DNA from: a virus
Lineage: Duplodnaviria > Caudoviricetes
IMG/VR virus record: IMGVR_UViG_3300006105_000094
Location: 1-26,854 of that record
Strand: one strand, 5' to 3'
Length of the DNA stretch: 26,854 nt
Shown here: in pieces, positions 23,261-26,854 of the stretch
Numbering within the stretch: position 1 is the first letter of the stretch
Layout of the letters: every line of letters begins with the position of its first letter
Position numbers and translations under genes: made by a program
The notes under the pieces: model-generated
What the model saw: only the letters and a program-made list of their open reading frames with translations
The model's database searches: none
What the model was told of the DNA's origin: nothing

Positions 23261-23911
23261 TTATAGTGCTGGTTGGTCTACTGCTGGAACGACTTTATGA
23301 CCTTTCGAGCTTAATGCTGGTGTATCGGGTGTCGCTCCAGACCCGCTATTAAAACCCGATCCAAATCCTCCCGACGTTGGAGTTGAACTAGGTGTGCTTC
23401 CAAAGCCGCCTGTAGATGGTGTTGATGAACCAAAGCCACCGGTTGGTGCTCCGAATCCGCCTGACGCAGGTGCGCCAAATGTTGAGCCGCCGCCCATTGA
23501 TGAACCGAATCCGCCACTTGATGCTCCTCCAAATCCGCCAGTGCTTCCACCGAAACCTCCACCCATACCACCCATTCCGCCTGACATTCCTGCTGGAACT
23601 CCAGACATATTAGTGTTGTTTGTCATTGTTTGACTTGTAGCAGTTGGGTTAGCCGCGGTTCCTGCTAGTTTTTCTTGTGTACGTCCAAACGCACTAATAC
23701 CTAATACAGCACCCATTGCAATATGGAACAACCCGGCACCTTGTAGTGTTAACGGATTCCATTGTGTAATAGGCACATGATTAACACCTTGCCAAAGTGC
23801 CCATAGCACTGGAAATACTGCCATGTCTAGTAAACAGATAAGCATATACATCCAACCCATCATAGGACGCCACAGTTGTTGCATCCAGTTACTATCTTTC
23901 TTTTCTGACAT
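23261..23911 (-). CDS. Putative holin (GTA-holin-like) with long Gly/Phe-repeat tail
   Basis: WRPMMGW + TM, second TM ending in FGRTQEK, located in the lysis cassette, AGGAG SD. Confidence 0.7.
   Translation of the reverse strand: MSEKKDSNWMQQLWRPMMGWMYMLICLLDMAVFPVLWALWQGVNHVPITQWNPLTLQGAGLFHIAMGAVLGISAFGRTQEKLAGTAANPTATSQTMTNNTNMSGVPAGMSGGMGGMGGGFGGSTGGFGGASSGGFGSSMGGGSTFGAPASGGFGAPTGGFGSSTPSTGGFGSTPSSTPTSGGFGSGFNSGSGATPDTPALSSKGHKVVPAVDQPAL
23330..23600 (-). repeat. Coding low-complexity GGFG repeat region
   Basis: Seven GGFG units plus a TFG, separated by S/T/P/A spacers. Confidence 0.85.
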
Positions 23912-23937
23912 TGTTCGCTCCTTTGTCTTTATATACG

Positions 23938-23944
23938 TATTTAT
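23938..23944 (-). promoter_or_regulatory. Putative late promoter (ATAAATA) upstream of the holin
   Basis: AAATAAATAC on the minus strand, overlapping the o-spanin stop. Confidence 0.5.
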
Positions 23945-24216
23945 TTCACGCTGTTATAAATCTTCTGTTGAGTATTATACCAATCTAACCAGTTATCTAC
24001 CTTATCTTTACACAAGTAATACTGGCTATAATTTGCTGTAACTACATTCAACGCATCACTAAGTTTCGTTGTATTAGGATCTACTTGATCTAAATCTGGA
24101 CATGCAACTTTAAGATCTGGTGGCGTGTCGGGCCAAGTCATTGTCATTTTAGGACCAGTAACACTAGAGCATCCAGCTAATAATACAACTAATGTCGCAA
24201 TTAATAATTGTTTCAT
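23941..24216 (-). CDS. Outer-membrane spanin (Rz1-like lipoprotein)
   Basis: Lipobox LLAGC, Pro-rich segment, two further Cys, follows the i-spanin. Confidence 0.8.
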   Translation of the reverse strand: MKQLLIATLVVLLAGCSSVTGPKMTMTWPDTPPDLKVACPDLDQVDPNTTKLSDALNVVTANYSQYYLCKDKVDNWLDWYNTQQKIYNSVK

Positions 24217-24671
24217 TTGGTCGCTCCTAGCGGGTTCTTTGCCGCACCATTTAATATACTAATAGCTTCCGGATCCACTTTACAATCGGCGTCAATTTTC
24301 TTTTCAACTTCTTTAATTCTTTCTTTGTATACAACCTGTGTATCGTGAATTACTTTTGTATGAGTTACAATTTTAGTTTGAACTGCGGTATTCGCATCTG
24401 AGCTAGCTTGTTGTGCTACGGCAATTTTAGCTTCTTGTTCTTTAATTTGTGCTTGAAGTATTTCAGTGACTCCAGCGCCACCATACATAAACACACCTAA
24501 TAAAATCGATATAAACGCAACAGGTTTAATAAACAAGGCGTAGGGTTTAAAATTAGGAAAGCTACCGATAATATGAGCTAAGAAATAAACAGCAGTTGCA
24601 CCTCCCGCTACAGCAGGCCATATCCACGTAGGCAATGTTCCTAATGCTTGTTCTATTAACCAATTAAACAT
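24213..24671 (-). CDS. Inner-membrane spanin (Rz-like)
   Basis: N-terminal TM segments, coiled-coil region, C-terminal Cys; lies between the endolysin and the lipoprotein. Confidence 0.75.
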   Translation of the reverse strand: MFNWLIEQALGTLPTWIWPAVAGGATAVYFLAHIIGSFPNFKPYALFIKPVAFISILLGVFMYGGAGVTEILQAQIKEQEAKIAVAQQASSDANTAVQTKIVTHTKVIHDTQVVYKERIKEVEKKIDADCKVDPEAISILNGAAKNPLGATK

Positions 24672-24673
24672 GA

Positions 24674-25303
24674 TTAACCTTGTAGTACTTGATGTGCGTT
24701 GGCTGTGTGCTGTTGACGTTCCGCTAGACCTAATGTACCGCCATTAATCTTTTTAGTTAGTCCTAGAACATCACCGTTGTCTGCTAGGGCATTAAGATTA
24801 TTAGCTTCCCAGAACCAGCAAGCTGATTGTACACAACCTTCAAATGTTGTTAAAAATTCTGGAACATCATCTAATGGTGTATCAATACTTTCAGCAAATT
24901 TTTCGTAATTACTCTTGCCTGTCAATTGAATTAATCCACGTCCGCAGAATTTCCAGCCATCGCCGCTTTCTTCTGGACCATTGCCCATGCGATTAGCGTA
25001 TGCTCTGTTAGCAATTTGTTCTGGGTGGTGTGCGTATTGTTGTGCTACTTCCATTGTTGGGAAATAGTGTGGCCATACTTTCATCAATGTTTCTGGACGA
25101 TAGTTTAAGTTTTCGATAATAGCAGTATAGCCTGCTGACTCAACCATAGTTTGTCCTAAGAAACAGGCTACACGCTCTGGTGTATTGATATCGTAGTCAG
25201 GAAGAATTTTGCACAATGCTTCGTGCCAATGTTCGCTATACTGATTATTTTGTAATATTGCTTGACACTTTGCTAAACTAAAATCAAATGTAAAATCTGC
25301 CAT
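24674..25303 (-). CDS. Glycoside hydrolase family 19 endolysin
   Basis: FLGQTMVES, ENLNY, GDGWKFCGRGLIQLTGKSNY and INGG motifs. Confidence 0.92.
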   Translation of the reverse strand: MADFTFDFSLAKCQAILQNNQYSEHWHEALCKILPDYDINTPERVACFLGQTMVESAGYTAIIENLNYRPETLMKVWPHYFPTMEVAQQYAHHPEQIANRAYANRMGNGPEESGDGWKFCGRGLIQLTGKSNYEKFAESIDTPLDDVPEFLTTFEGCVQSACWFWEANNLNALADNGDVLGLTKKINGGTLGLAERQQHTANAHQVLQG

Positions 25304-26037
25304 TATTGTATCCTTTCTAAAGCAACGGCCCAGCCGTTATTTTCAAATATAAATTTGTTACCGATTTTATTAATATTATAGTTACCAATAACTTTAGTTA
25401 AGAACATAACTTCTGCCATGTTTTTAGTTTCTAAAATTATAGGGCCTTTAATACTTTCATATACGTCTTGTTTACTATCACTATTTACTATCTTAAATGT
25501 TACAGTTCCGCTATAAATGCGTTTAAAACTAATACTTTCATCGAGTAATTTAATTTCGTCTGCGTAACTGTTCTTAAAAAATTCTTGGAAATTATCTAAC
25601 TGATTACGTTCTGTGGCAATGTCATAGGATTCTTTATCAGAAGGAATAATATTTTTTAAATTTTCTAATGTTGCGGAATGACTTTTAAAGTTCTTAAAAT
25701 AGCGAAAGCGCATATCTTCTATGCCAGTTAGCTTTTTTACGCCTTCAATAATTTCCATTATTTGATCGGCGATATGACGTGTGCGTTCTATTTCAACGTA
25801 CACCTTATAAGTACCATCGTCAGTTTCTCCCGAACTACAATCTGCGTCGAGTATAAAGCTATAGCCCATTTCAAAGAAGTGTTCTAAATCTTTAGCAGGA
25901 TCTTCTTGGTCAACTGTAAAACTTAATGTAACAACATCTTCGTCTCGACCAATTTTACTTTTAAAATTGTCTACTTCAAAAACATTTTTAACAAGTTCTC
26001 TTAGATCGTTTGCTTGTAAACTTTCATTTAAACTCAT
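25303..26037 (-). CDS. Conserved hypothetical protein
   Basis: 244-aa acidic ORF, coupled to both neighbours. Confidence 0.75.
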   Translation of the reverse strand: MSLNESLQANDLRELVKNVFEVDNFKSKIGRDEDVVTLSFTVDQEDPAKDLEHFFEMGYSFILDADCSSGETDDGTYKVYVEIERTRHIADQIMEIIEGVKKLTGIEDMRFRYFKNFKSHSATLENLKNIIPSDKESYDIATERNQLDNFQEFFKNSYADEIKLLDESISFKRIYSGTVTFKIVNSDSKQDVYESIKGPIILETKNMAEVMFLTKVIGNYNINKIGNKFIFENNGWAVALERIQ

Positions 26038-26630
26038 ACTGGAGCTCCTGCTGCCGCTCCTGGTGTTGGAAGTGCGCCTGCGCCTGTTGCAGCTCCGCCT
26101 GCTGCCGCTCCTGGTGGAGAACCTGCTGGTGGTGTAGGAGCTGGTGCGCCTTGCGGAGCAGTTCCTTGAGTGGGTGCGCCTTCTTCTTGTTTATTTTCGT
26201 TCTTCATCTTGTCCATGTAACCTTTGTAGATATCAAAGGCTATTTTCTTCGGCATTGTAATTTCTACAATCCAAATAGGCTTACGATCAAGATGTCCTTT
26301 CTTTGTACCTGGACGAATATCTTCGTGTGTACGAATCTTACGTGGTTCTAACAAGTGGCTCTTTTGATATGTAACTTTACAGCCTAGTTCTGTTAGACGT
26401 TTTGCGGCTACAGGGTTAGGCATTTTTTCACGTTCCCACATAAAACCAGCAGTAATCCAATGGCGGTCTACTTTAGGACCATAGGCTAATTCGCCGTCTT
26501 CCCAGTTTTCGTAGACGTACATATCCATCTCATCTAGGACTCGTTCAAAGTCCTTTAACACAGCCAAACTGCTGTTGTTTTCATATAGCTCGTCTATATT
26601 GCGTATTACGTCTAAAATATCGTGGTGCAT
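26034..26630 (-). CDS. Conserved hypothetical protein with Pro/Ala/Gly-rich tail
   Basis: 198-aa ORF with GAGG SD and a TAAATA motif upstream. Confidence 0.75.
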   Translation of the reverse strand: MHHDILDVIRNIDELYENNSSLAVLKDFERVLDEMDMYVYENWEDGELAYGPKVDRHWITAGFMWEREKMPNPVAAKRLTELGCKVTYQKSHLLEPRKIRTHEDIRPGTKKGHLDRKPIWIVEITMPKKIAFDIYKGYMDKMKNENKQEEGAPTQGTAPQGAPAPTPPAGSPPGAAAGGAATGAGALPTPGAAAGAPV

Positions 26631-26648
26631 GATAGGTTCCTCTATACT

Positions 26649-26707
26649 TATTTAGCTGGTTCAAAATCATAACGTAACAGTTTATATTTCTGTGTATTCG
26701 TTAAATA
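26649..26707. promoter_or_regulatory. Divergent pair of TAAATA late-promoter-like motifs
   Basis: TAAATA on the minus strand at 26649-26654 and on the plus strand at 26702-26707, each pointing to a gene. Confidence 0.5.
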
Positions 26708-26782
26708 ATAGTGTAGGACCTCTGTAGTTATCAGGGCGGTCACTACAAGTCTTACTTTAACCTTAAAGTAGGAGCAACTTTA

Positions 26783-26854
26783 ATGAGTAAACAACGAGTG
26801 AAAAAGCGTTTTACATCAGAAGTTAATATCATTGATTTCCAGCCGTATCTTCCG
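26783..26854 (+). CDS. phoH: N-terminus of a divergent gene, probably PhoH-like ATPase (partial)
   Basis: AGGAG SD at 26770-26774; MSKQRVKKRFTSEVNIIDFQPYLP is open to the window end. It resembles N-termini of phage PhoH proteins as I recall them, but no catalytic motif is in view. Confidence 0.45.
   Translation, partial: MSKQRVKKRFTSEVNIIDFQPYLP

Noticed and set aside
23311-23571. Alternative-frame minus-strand ORF inside the holin tail (also 7322..7504, 11851..12048, 20150..20341)
   Set aside because: Explained by stop-poor low-complexity sequence or chance. No lipobox, so not an embedded Rz1, and the spanins are already accounted for.
26040-26185. GC-rich short repeats (GCTGCCGCTCCTGGTG twice); similarly CCTGCGTCTGG twice near 13839-13870
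   Set aside because: They are simple coding repeats of Pro/Ala/Gly-rich disordered tails, with no sign of a mobile or regulatory repeat.
3519-26351. Numerous plus-strand ORFs in the track (e.g. 7548..7868, 12258..12704, 20650..20946, 23394..23633, 26010..26351)
   Set aside because: They are antisense shadows of well-supported minus-strand genes, with no SD or motifs. Their composition mirrors the sense-strand codon bias or repeats.
1-26854. Stop-codon reassignment as seen in some large phages
   Set aside because: Genes are full length in the standard code, and TAA, TGA and TAG all terminate genes at sensible coupled junctions.
1-26854. tRNA, rRNA, CRISPR array, integrase or transposase
   Set aside because: Intergenic gaps are at most ~150 nt, with no cloverleaf or regularly spaced repeats. 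No recombinase motifs were seen.

Overview
AT-rich segment of a large, T4-like/jumbo-type lytic dsDNA phage, probably infecting a Gram-negative host (spanins, GH19 endolysin, canonical sigma70 promoters). Nearly all genes are on the minus strand, tightly packed and often translationally coupled, in the standard genetic code. In transcription order (right to left) there are four blocks. (1) Two conserved hypotheticals and a lysis cassette: GH19 endolysin, i-spanin, o-spanin, a holin with a GGFG-repeat tail, and a small secreted cationic peptide. (2) A dnaJ-def-clpA proteostasis module behind a perfect sigma70 promoter. (3) A TAAATA-driven late block of nine proteins that share an M-x-[IL]-[RK]-E-[LF]-like N-terminus and recurring [ILVM]-x-E sites. 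They look like protease-processed internal virion proteins and include three unrelated nucleotidyltransferase folds (Pol-beta, ligase-like KxDG, HxGH). (4) A replication plus DNA-modification operon: DNA-binding protein, family B polymerase, nucleotide-sugar dehydrogenase, sliding clamp, TGT/DpdA-like transglycosylase, two sugar-type oxidoreductases, a QueD-paralog (DpdL-like) and a glycosyltransferase. A divergent phoH-like gene starts at the right edge. The best candidates for an undescribed system are a sugar-hypermodified 7-deazaguanine DNA pathway and a virion-delivered nucleotidyltransferase/ligase module. All family calls come from motif recognition by eye; no database search was run.
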